From Methylophaga frappieri (GTDB lineage: Bacteria; Pseudomonadota; Gammaproteobacteria; Nitrosococcales; Methylophagaceae): DNA of 32,000 bases. The notes under the pieces are model-generated. The model saw only the letters and a program-made list of their open reading frames with translations, did no database searches and had not been told where the DNA came from. Made by a program: the position numbers and the translations under genes. The DNA is taken from contig NC_017856.1 of NCBI RefSeq assembly GCF_000260965.1, positions 2,010,001-2,042,000 on the forward strand, written 5' to 3'. Numbering within the stretch: the first letter of the stretch is position 1; every line of letters starts with the position of its first letter. This document shows, in pieces, positions 1-6,843 of the stretch.

Positions 1-957
1 ATCGACTTAGCTAAGGAAACCGATGCGATACCGATCTTGGTACCGGCAGAACCAGGTTCTTTGGCTTCGCTGGAACGAGCCATGGAAGCCATGGATAAAA
101 TTGGTAAACCCTGGATTGCGGATCCGATTCTCGACCCCATTCATTTTGGTTTTACTGAATCTATTGTTCGTTATCATGAATTACGCCGTAAATACCCCGA
201 TGCGCCCATGATGATGGGGGTCGGCAACCTGACAGAATTAACCGATGCGGATACTAGCGGCATCAATGCTATGTTGTTTGGCATGATCTCCGAGCTAAAC
301 GTCAACTGCGTACTCGCCACCGAGGTGAGTTCACATGCTCGCCGGGCGATTCGGGAAGCCGATGTGGCCCGCAGAATGATGTATGCCGCCAAGCAGGATA
401 ACAGTCTGCCCAGAGATTTCACTGGTGATCTGATGGTGTCACATGAACGACACCCTTTCACCGATACCGCTGAAGAAATCCACCAATTAGCGGAAACGAT
501 TCGTGATTCCAATTATCGTATTATGGTCGCTAGAGATGGCATTTTCATGTTCAATCGCGACGGGATCGTGCAAGATATCGACCCTTTTGAGTTCTATCCT
601 CACCTGAAAGTAGACAATGATCCCGGGCACGCCTTTTATCTCGGCGTTGAATTAGCCCGAGCAGAAGTCGCCTGGCAATTGGGTAAACGCTATACCCAGG
701 ATGAGGATTTGCAGTGGGGCTGTGCCGTCGATCAGGCCGAAGAAGATCTGACCGAGCAAAAAGAAGCGGGTACGACGATGAAACAACCCAAAAAATCGCG
801 CGCCACTCCCGCAGAAGAGGCTGAGGACACGCCCCGGGAAAAAATGAAAAAAGTGGTACGTGATGAGCAAGCCCCTAAAGTCAAAAAGCCGCGTACCGCC
901 TGCGGCACCGCAGAACCCCCAAAAAAGAAAAAAGGAGCGTCCCTGTGGCACGGCTGA
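1..957 (+). CDS. dihydropteroate synthase-like (pterin-binding) protein of the tetrahydromethanopterin-linked gene set; 5' end lies outside the window
   Basis: Frame 1 is open from nt 1, with no stop before the listed Met at 37, so the gene starts upstream. The translation shows a pterin-binding/DHPS-like segment (GVGNLTELTDADTSGINAML...ATEVSSHARRAIREADVARRM). A second conserved module follows, then a ~70-aa Lys/Pro/Glu-rich tail. The stop overlaps the next gene by 13 nt. Confidence 0.7.
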   Translation: MDLAKETDAIPILVPAEPGSLASLERAMEAMDKIGKPWIADPILDPIHFGFTESIVRYHELRRKYPDAPMMMGVGNLTELTDADTSGINAMLFGMISELNVNCVLATEVSSHARRAIREADVARRMMYAAKQDNSLPRDFTGDLMVSHERHPFTDTAEEIHQLAETIRDSNYRIMVARDGIFMFNRDGIVQDIDPFEFYPHLKVDNDPGHAFYLGVELARAEVAWQLGKRYTQDEDLQWGCAVDQAEEDLTEQKEAGTTMKQPKKSRATPAEEAEDTPREKMKKVVRDEQAPKVKKPRTACGTAEPPKKKKGASLWHG

Positions 958-1523
958 CCGCAAAGATTCATGAGGTAATCGTCACCACCCAAAATGCAGA
1001 TGGCTCAGCACATCATGCCCCGATGGGTATTAGTGAAGTAAATGGTCACTTTCAAATAAAGCCCTTTAAACCATCGACGACCTATGACAATTTACAACGT
1101 CAACGTACCTGTAGCATCAACTACACGGACGATGTCCGCGTGTTCGCTGGCGCCTTAACCGGCCATCGAGAGTGGCCAGCCTCACGCTGTGAAAAAGTCG
1201 ATGGCCTGTATTTAACAGATGCTTTGAGTCACAGCGAGATCCGCATCAAAACAATTGACGATGATGACCCACGAGCCTGCTTTCATGGCGAAGTGATTTT
1301 TGAGCAGCAACATGGCTTTTTTCGCGGCTATAACCGTGCGCAAAGTGCCGTTATTGAAGCCGCGATTCTGGTCAGCCGGTTGTCGATGTTACCCGAACAA
1401 AAAATTCGTGATGAATTAGCCTATCTAACGATTGGCATGGAAAAAACCGCTGGTGAACGCGAGTGGCAAGCCTGGGGCTGGCTGATGGACAAAGTCAAAC
1501 AAGCAGGTATCCATGTCGACTAA
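945..1523 (+). CDS. DUF447-family (split-barrel, flavin-binding-like) protein associated with H4MPT biosynthesis clusters
   Basis: 192-aa ORF with a GTG start at 945, preceded by AAAGGAG (931-937) at 7-nt spacing. The N-terminus IHEVIVTTQNADGSAHHAPMG...IKPF..STTYDNL resembles my recollection of DUF447 proteins of methanogens and methylotrophs. It overlaps both neighbours (13 nt and 11 nt), which implies an operon. Confidence 0.6.
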   Translation: MARLTAKIHEVIVTTQNADGSAHHAPMGISEVNGHFQIKPFKPSTTYDNLQRQRTCSINYTDDVRVFAGALTGHREWPASRCEKVDGLYLTDALSHSEIRIKTIDDDDPRACFHGEVIFEQQHGFFRGYNRAQSAVIEAAILVSRLSMLPEQKIRDELAYLTIGMEKTAGEREWQAWGWLMDKVKQAGIHVD

Positions 1524-2199
1524 TACCCAATGGCTGGCCAGCGTGCAATCATTAGCAGAGGCGCAATCCCTAAACGCTTGCCTGCCCGATATGCTGGATA
1601 TGAAGCAGCCGGCTAAGGGCGCGCTTGGCGCCCTTCCGCTGGATGTGGTGAGCGACATTGTGCGTTGGAACGCCAACCGTTGTCTGACCAGCGCCACAAT
1701 CGGTGATCTGCCAATGCAGGCGCCAATGATTGAATCCGCCATTCATCAGATGGCAAAAACCGGTGTGGATTTCGTTAAAGTCGGCTTATTTGGTGGCGAC
1801 GAACAAGCGGACTGTTTGCAGGCATTAACGCCGTTTATCAGCCAACAAAATACCCCCGTTATTGCCGTCATGTTTGCGGATCGTCAGTATGACAATGATG
1901 TCATCACCCAGATTGTTAATACCGGTTTTCGGGGAGTGATGATAGATACCGCAGATAAAAACGGTCAGTCCTTGTTGGATTTGTGGTCAACCGAGGCACT
2001 GACAGAATTTGTCCAAAAAATTAAAAGCGCCGATCGGTTATGTGGCTTAGCCGGTGCGTTGCGCCTCGGTGATATTGCCACGCTACGTGCTCTGCAACCC
2101 GACTACCTTGGTTTTCGCAGCGCTTTATGCCCAGAACGCAATCGAAATGGGTCATTATCAGCCGCGCTCGCCAAATCGATCGCCGCTGCATTACAGTAA
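1513..2199 (+). CDS. mfnB: (5-formylfuran-3-yl)methyl phosphate synthase, MfnB-like (DUF556), methanofuran biosynthesis
   Basis: The 228-aa ORF is collinear with archaeal MfnB as I recall it: LASV..L.EA, DMKQP..GALGA (DVKNP..GSLGA), VDFVKVGL (ADYIKVGL), MIDTADKNGQSL (MLDTAVKDGKTL), LAGAL...LGFRSA. Confidence 0.85.
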   Translation: MSTNTQWLASVQSLAEAQSLNACLPDMLDMKQPAKGALGALPLDVVSDIVRWNANRCLTSATIGDLPMQAPMIESAIHQMAKTGVDFVKVGLFGGDEQADCLQALTPFISQQNTPVIAVMFADRQYDNDVITQIVNTGFRGVMIDTADKNGQSLLDLWSTEALTEFVQKIKSADRLCGLAGALRLGDIATLRALQPDYLGFRSALCPERNRNGSLSAALAKSIAAALQ

Positions 2200-2258
2200 C
2201 GACTCAACCACGATATTTTGGCAGGAAGCCAATTCAACACAATCGCAAGGAGGCGACC

Positions 2259-3125
2259 ATGCAGACCAGACAACGGTCTATTTCGCTCGTTTACATGCTC
2301 ACCCTGCTCTGTCTTTGCACGGTCGCAGTCCATGCTCAGGCAACGCCGCCCGTGCAGCTGGCCAGCGTCTATCAGCCAGAGACGGCAGCGCCAGTTTCTG
2401 CCTATCTGATTAGTGAAAAGTATGATGGTGTCAGAGCGATTTGGACGGGAACCCAACTCTTAACCCGAAACGGCAACGTCATTAACGCCCCAGACTGGTT
2501 TACCGATCCCCTGCCCGATGTTTGGCTGGATGGCGAGTTATGGACAACCCATCAAGACTTTGCCCGGTTAAGCGGCATTGTCAGAACCCAAATACCGGAT
2601 GATGCCGAATGGCAGCAGGTGAGTTATCGGGTATTCGATATGCCGGACAGCACATTGCCGTTTGAACTACGCTATCAACACTACACACAACTCATCACGC
2701 AGCTGAATTCGGCACATATTAAACCCGTTCAACAAGTTCGGGTTCAGAGTCAGGCGGCCCTGCAAAGTTTGTTAAAAGACAAACTGGCAACGGGCGCAGA
2801 AGGGCTCATGTTGCACCTCGCCACGGCGAAGCATCGGGGTGGACGGACAAGAGCTGTGCTCAAATTAAAACCCTATGAAGATGCCGAAGCCGTGGTAATT
2901 GGCCACCTGCCCGGCAAAGGCAAATACATCAACCAACTCGGTGCCTTACGCGTCAAGAATGAGCAAGGCCAAATCTTTGCTATTGGCAGCGGCTTATCGG
3001 ATCAAGATCGCGCCTCTCCCCCACCCATTGGCACCATCATCACCTATCGTTATCAAGGCTATACCAAAACGGGTTTACCACGCTTTGCCAGATTTATACG
3101 TATTCGCGAACCAGATCCTGATTAG
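2259..3125 (+). CDS. ligE: minimal ATP-dependent DNA ligase with N-terminal signal peptide (Lig E type, predicted periplasmic)
   Basis: The start was moved from the ORF-track 2127 to ATG 2259, which has AAGGAGG at 2247-2253 and does not overlap mfnB. Signal peptide: MQTRQRSISLVYMLTLLCLCTVAVHA|QA. Nucleotidyltransferase motifs are visible: KYDG (Lys codon 2418-2420), FDMPD, AEGLMLH, LKLKP. An OB-fold-like C-terminus ends RFARFIRIR. Confidence 0.85.
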   Translation: MQTRQRSISLVYMLTLLCLCTVAVHAQATPPVQLASVYQPETAAPVSAYLISEKYDGVRAIWTGTQLLTRNGNVINAPDWFTDPLPDVWLDGELWTTHQDFARLSGIVRTQIPDDAEWQQVSYRVFDMPDSTLPFELRYQHYTQLITQLNSAHIKPVQQVRVQSQAALQSLLKDKLATGAEGLMLHLATAKHRGGRTRAVLKLKPYEDAEAVVIGHLPGKGKYINQLGALRVKNEQGQIFAIGSGLSDQDRASPPPIGTIITYRYQGYTKTGLPRFARFIRIREPDPD

Positions 3126-3226
3126 CTTGTATGCTGACTATAACTAAAAAGTGAGTAATGACTTACCAATTTTATTTTTCATACAAACCGGTTTCATTGA
3201 GCGCTTAACTTGTTCAAAGATGAAAA

Positions 3227-3242
3227 TGTGATAGATTTCACA
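3227..3242. promoter_or_regulatory. candidate CRP (cAMP receptor protein) binding site
   Basis: There is a perfect TGTGA-N6-TCACA core (TGTGATAGATTTCACA) with an AAA/AAG flank. It lies in the AT-rich ligE-to-cassette intergenic region, ~130 bp upstream of the 3373 ORF. Only the motif is seen; function is not shown. Confidence 0.4.
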
Positions 3243-3342
3243 AAGTGAGGCCTGTTTCGCATGATTAAACTGCGCCGATGAAAATGCCGTGTTTGGTGAT
3301 TATTTAAGGATTACAGGGAATTTTATTCCCGTTAATAACAAG

Positions 3343-4216
3343 TTGGGCGGCAATTGAGGCATAGGAGTAGCTTTGGAAGTTAAGAACAATCCAGCGGGTC
3401 GCCTTCATGACCTTTTGCGTACTGCACAAAAACAACCCGCGAAAGAGAGGGCGCGGAATGCTTGGGGAAAAGTCTTTAAGGTAGAGCCAGGTGACACCGG
3501 TTTGCTGCTCGAAATGCTGGCGAACCTGATTGGTCTCGTGTCAGATACAAAAACGGCCATTGAACGCCTCGACGACGTGGATCACGCGCTGTACCTAAAA
3601 CCATTCAAGAAACTCGAGGTTTTCCTGTCGCAGGTGAACTTGGATGCAGGATGGGAACATTGGCAGAAGCAACTTGATGAGCCGACCCTTTACGGGTTGC
3701 AGTTTGCTGCGGATCGACTTTCGCGCAACAGCGGTAGCACCTCAATTTCTGAGAAGGACATCGAGGAGCTACAGGTTGAACTCGAGGAATTTGTTTCAAG
3801 CGTGCTCAAATCCGATCTTCCGTCTGGGCTAAAAGCACTGTTCCTGAGAAATCTTGAAGCTGTGCGCCACGCACTTTTGGTTTTTAGAATTCGCGGCATT
3901 GATGGCTTGGAGCACGAGCTGGAAAGGGCTATTGGTTCGTTGCTGCTCAATCAGGAGCATATTCCCCCAGCTGGAGATAAATCCGCTCCAAGAAAATTTT
4001 GGGAGCGATTCTTTGTTGTTATAGAACGCATCAATAAAGCGGTCACGCTGAGCCGAGGCGCGAAGGAACTTGCCGGCCCCGCAATGCAGGCCATTGAACA
4101 CATGATAGGCAAGTGAAGTTGCCGCCCAACAAATCGCTGCAGGGGACGTTTGACCCGCCGCCCATTTTTGCTTCCGCAAAAAGGGTCGTTGCCTCAAACG
4201 CCCCTGAGCTCAGGCG
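3343..4216 (+). mobile_element. integron-type gene cassette (single ORF plus attC) outside any visible integron
   Basis: The left junction is G|TTGGGC (3342-3348, fits GTTRRRY). The right junction is G|TTACGC (4216-4222). The left core is the exact complement of the attC inverse core GCCCAAC (4124-4130). Complementarity extends to 12 bp (3342-3353 GTTGGGCGGCAA versus 4119-4130 TTGCCGCCCAAC). The 874-bp unit has a short 5' leader, one ORF, and attC starting 8 nt after the stop. Confidence 0.7.
3373..4116 (+). CDS. hypothetical protein (247 aa, predicted largely alpha-helical, no signal peptide or TM segment); cassette cargo
   Basis: TTG start at 3373 with AGGAG at 3363-3367. The ORF is the longest in the interval and fills the cassette. 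I recognise no family signature. Confidence 0.6.
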   Translation: MEVKNNPAGRLHDLLRTAQKQPAKERARNAWGKVFKVEPGDTGLLLEMLANLIGLVSDTKTAIERLDDVDHALYLKPFKKLEVFLSQVNLDAGWEHWQKQLDEPTLYGLQFAADRLSRNSGSTSISEKDIEELQVELEEFVSSVLKSDLPSGLKALFLRNLEAVRHALLVFRIRGIDGLEHELERAIGSLLLNQEHIPPAGDKSAPRKFWERFFVVIERINKAVTLSRGAKELAGPAMQAIEHMIGK

Positions 4217-4222
4217 TTACGC
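4124..4222 (+). other. attC (59-base-element-type) recombination site, ~99 bp
   Basis: Elements in order:
- R'' GCCCAAC (4124-4130).
- Unpaired spacer AAATC.
- L'' GCT(G)CAGGGG(A)C (4136-4147), pairing with L' GCCCCTGAGC (4200-4209) and leaving G4139 and A4146 extrahelical.
- Variable arm stems GTTTGA/TCAAAC (4148-4153/4194-4199) and CCC(A)TTTTTGC/GCAAAAAGGG (4161-4171/4176-4185).
- Spacer TCAGGC.
- R' GTTACGC (4216-4222).
The outline resembles the aadA attC (…TCTAACAATTCGTTCAAGCCGAC…GGCTTAACTCAAGCGTTAGA). Confidence 0.7.
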
Positions 4223-4229
4223 AATGAAA

Positions 4230-4264
4230 GAATCAAAGGAGTCAGAGTCTGCCCCCTTTGATTC
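4230..4264 (-). terminator. candidate terminator hairpin downstream of metE
   Basis: 10-bp perfect stem GAATCAAAGG / CCTTTGATTC with a 15-nt loop. On the minus strand it is followed by TTTCATT. It lies ~96 nt past the metE stop. The T-tract is weak. Confidence 0.3.
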
Positions 4265-4359
4265 AACCGATAAAAAGTGTTGCCCCCACTCGCTTGATTA
4301 ATTAATTAGGTAAAACAACCACTAAGCCTCCTTGCTTTGCGGCTTATCTTTCGAAAACC

Positions 4360-6639
4360 TTACGCTACGTGTTGTTGACGCAGTTGTTTTGCGGCTTCTA
4401 CCATTGTTTGTAGTGCCGGTTTCACTTCGGCCCATTGCCGGGTTTTCAGACCACAGTCCGGGTTCACCCATAAACGCTCAGCCGGAATACGCTGCGCGGC
4501 TTTTTCCATCAGGCTTTTTATGTATTCCACCTTGGGAATATTTGGCGAGTGAATGTCATACACGCCGGGGCCAATTTCGTTCGGGTATGAGAAGGCATTG
4601 AATACATCCAGCAGTTCCATATCAGAGCGCGAGGTTTCAATGGTGATAACGTCGGCATCCATTGCGGCAATGGATTCAATGATGTCATTGAATTCCGAGT
4701 AGCACATGTGGGTGTGGATTTGGGTTTCATTTTCCACGCCATTGGCGGTAATGCGGAAACAACGCACGGCCCAGTTCAGGTAATCTTGCCATTCGGCGCG
4801 ACGCAGTGGCAGACCTTCACGTAAAGCGGCTTCATCGATTTGAATAATATTGACGCCGGCTTTTTCCAGATCCTGCACTTCATCACGAATCGCCAGCGCC
4901 AGTTGTAAACAGGTTGCTGAGCGCGGTTGATCATCACGCACAAACGACCAGTTCAGCATGGTGACAGGGCCGGTTAGCATGCCTTTTACCGGTTTATCAG
5001 TCAGTGATTGGGCGTATTTAATCCAATCCACGGTCATCGCTTTCGGGCGGGCGATGTCACCAAAAATAATCGGCGGTTTCACACAGCGTGAGCCGTAGGA
5101 TTGCACCCAGCCAAAGCGGCTAAAAATGTAGCCTTCCAGCTGTTCACCAAAATATTCCACCATGTCGTTGCGCTCGGCTTCGCCGTGCACCAATACATCC
5201 AGACCGACTTGTTCCTGCTCTGCAATCGCCCGTTGGATTTGCGCCTGCATTTTTCCCTGATACGCGGGAAAATCCAGCTCGCCTTTGCGAAACATTTGAC
5301 GCGCCTGGCGGATCTCGGTGGTTTGTGGAAAGGAGCCAATCGTCGTCGTTGGATACATCGGCAGATTGAATTTGGCTTGTTGTAACTTGGTCCGCTCCGC
5401 ATAAGGCTGCTGACGATTTGCTATGTCATCGGTGACAGACTGTAGGCGTTGTTGCACATCGTTGCGGTGAACGCGGCTGGAGGTTTGACGTGCCGCAATC
5501 GACTTGGCGTTGGCAGCCAGTTCTGCTGCAACGGCATCACGTCCTTCATTCAGTGCGGTTGCCACAATCGTCAGTTCTTCCAGCTTTTGTTCAGCAAATG
5601 ACAGCCAGTCTTTCACTTCGGCATCCAGGTCGGTTTCGCTATTCAAATCGACCGGCACATGCAGTAACGAACACGACGGTGCCAGCCATAAACGATCGCC
5701 AAGACGATTATGTATTGGCGCCAACCCGGCAACCAGATCGTTCAAATCCGTTTTCCAGACATTGCGGCCATTAATCACACCCATTGATAAGACTTTGTTT
5801 TCAGGTAAGTGACTAATCACATCAACAACCTCTTCAGCGGCATTGAGGGTATCGATATGCAAACCGGCGGTGGGTAATTCACAGGCCAGTCGCAGGTTTG
5901 TTTTCAGGCTGCCGAAATAGGTGGTGAGTAGTAATTTAACGGGGGCTTTGTTTAAGGCGAGATAGGCTTGGTTCAATGCCTGTTGCCAGTCGTCTTCGAG
6001 TTCGGTGACTAGAATGGGTTCGTCGATTTGCACCCATTCGATGCCTTCTTCGGCAAGTTGTGCTAGCAGCGCTGAATAGACGGGTAAGAGTTTGGGCAGC
6101 AGATCGACCTTGTTGCTGTCGTCTTTACTTTTACCCAACCAAATATAGCTGACCGGGCCAAGTAATACCGGTTTGGCGTTGACGCCCTGTTGTTTGGCTT
6201 CTCGCACATAAGACAGATAGCGATTAGCATGTAACTCAAAGTCCGTATCAGCAGCAAATTCTGGCACGAGGTAGTGATAGTTGGTATCAAACCATTTGGT
6301 CATTTCTGCTGCCGCTACCGGCGTTTGTTCAACGGCTTTGCTGGTTTGGCCGCGTGCGGCTTGAAAATATTGATCCAGTTCAGGCAGGTCACTCTGCGTC
6401 CGTTTCGGTAAGTTACCGACCAACAGGCTGGTATCGAGCACATGATCATAAAACGAGAAATCGCCAACAGTTTGAAAATCGAGTTTTTTCTGTGACTGCC
6501 AGTTTTGTTGGCGAATCGTGGCGGCGATACTCTCCAGATCCGCAACCATACTTTCGCCGCGCCAATACGCCTCTTGAGCGAATTTCAGTTCACGTTTTTT
6601 ACCAATACGGGGAAAGCCGAGGGTGTGTGTTGTGATCAT
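4360..6639 (-). CDS. metE: 5-methyltetrahydropteroyltriglutamate-homocysteine S-methyltransferase (cobalamin-independent methionine synthase)
   Basis: 759-aa two-domain MetE: N-terminus [23 protein letters not shown]; C-terminal Zn-site region HTHMCYSEF...[14 protein letters not shown] at 6647-6651 (minus strand) lies 7 nt before the ATG at 6639. Confidence 0.95.
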   Translation of the reverse strand: MITTHTLGFPRIGKKRELKFAQEAYWRGESMVADLESIAATIRQQNWQSQKKLDFQTVGDFSFYDHVLDTSLLVGNLPKRTQSDLPELDQYFQAARGQTSKAVEQTPVAAAEMTKWFDTNYHYLVPEFAADTDFELHANRYLSYVREAKQQGVNAKPVLLGPVSYIWLGKSKDDSNKVDLLPKLLPVYSALLAQLAEEGIEWVQIDEPILVTELEDDWQQALNQAYLALNKAPVKLLLTTYFGSLKTNLRLACELPTAGLHIDTLNAAEEVVDVISHLPENKVLSMGVINGRNVWKTDLNDLVAGLAPIHNRLGDRLWLAPSCSLLHVPVDLNSETDLDAEVKDWLSFAEQKLEELTIVATALNEGRDAVAAELAANAKSIAARQTSSRVHRNDVQQRLQSVTDDIANRQQPYAERTKLQQAKFNLPMYPTTTIGSFPQTTEIRQARQMFRKGELDFPAYQGKMQAQIQRAIAEQEQVGLDVLVHGEAERNDMVEYFGEQLEGYIFSRFGWVQSYGSRCVKPPIIFGDIARPKAMTVDWIKYAQSLTDKPVKGMLTGPVTMLNWSFVRDDQPRSATCLQLALAIRDEVQDLEKAGVNIIQIDEAALREGLPLRRAEWQDYLNWAVRCFRITANGVENETQIHTHMCYSEFNDIIESIAAMDADVITIETSRSDMELLDVFNAFSYPNEIGPGVYDIHSPNIPKVEYIKSLMEKAAQRIPAERLWVNPDCGLKTRQWAEVKPALQTMVEAAKQLRQQHVA

Positions 6640-6719
6640 TAGTATGCCTCCAAACCAATCTTGAAGGCATTGTAATGGTCACTGTCGATAAAAAATAATG
6701 ATATTTATTCCATGATCTA

Positions 6720-6732
6720 TGAAACTATCTCA
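6720..6732. promoter_or_regulatory. candidate MetR box upstream of metE
   Basis: TGAAACTATCTCA matches the E. coli MetR consensus TGAA-N5-TTCA at 7 of 8 specified positions. It lies 81-93 bp upstream of the metE start. The flanking inverted repeat TCCATGA (6709-6715) / TCATGGA (6740-6746) brackets it. Confidence 0.3.
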
Positions 6733-6843
6733 TGAATTGTCATGGAGAATATCTACCTGCCCAACGCAGGAAAACCATTTGATTATCTGAAACAGGATGG
6801 TTAATCGTTAATGCTGTAAAGGCTTATGGAAATACCGACTAAA

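Noticed and set aside
174-992. Antisense and alternative-frame ORFs overlapping the DHPS-like gene (174-512 -, 652-963 -, 732-992 -). Similar shadow ORFs occur throughout, for example 5079-5402 -, 10405-10953 +, 10886-11290 +, 22289-22806 -, 23020-24262 - and 28485-28991 -.
   Set aside because: Each lies wholly inside a longer ORF with unmistakable family similarity on the other strand or frame. Their translations are low-complexity or Ser/Arg/Cys-rich, with no recognisable motifs or ribosome-binding sites.
2127-2258. The ORF-track start (2127) for the ligase gene, giving a 44-aa N-terminal extension that overlaps mfnB by 73 nt.
   Set aside because: The extension has no ligase similarity. 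The ATG at 2259 has a strong AAGGAGG RBS and exposes a classical signal peptide at the N-terminus.
3316-3330. Small perfect hairpin GGGAAT-TTT-ATTCCC 12 bp left of the cassette junction. I considered it as a ligE terminator or part of an attI-like site.
   Set aside because: The stem is only 6 bp, there is no following T-tract, it lies 190 bp from the ligE stop, and it bears no resemblance to attI features that I can verify.
4113-4301. A 62-aa ORF (and the 122-aa antisense ORF 3829-4197) running through the attC region.
   Set aside because: They read straight through the attC palindrome, which explains the Pro/Ala-rich translation. Neither has an RBS. A residual 25-codon ORF from the ATG at 4224 also lacks support.
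4217-4365. The hexamer TTACGC occurs both at the right cassette junction (4217-4222) and at the metE stop (4360-4365). I considered a target-site duplication or a second cassette boundary.
   Set aside because: A 6-bp repeat is expected by chance at this spacing. No attC-like structure or ORF lies between the copies. IntI recombination does not create duplications.
6640-6843. I looked for a cobalamin or SAM riboswitch in the metE leader.
   Set aside because: The region is only 204 nt and AT-rich. I see no B12-box-like GCCACTG element and no GC-rich multi-stem structure. Regulation by MetR-type boxes seems more likely. A covariance-model scan would be needed to be certain.
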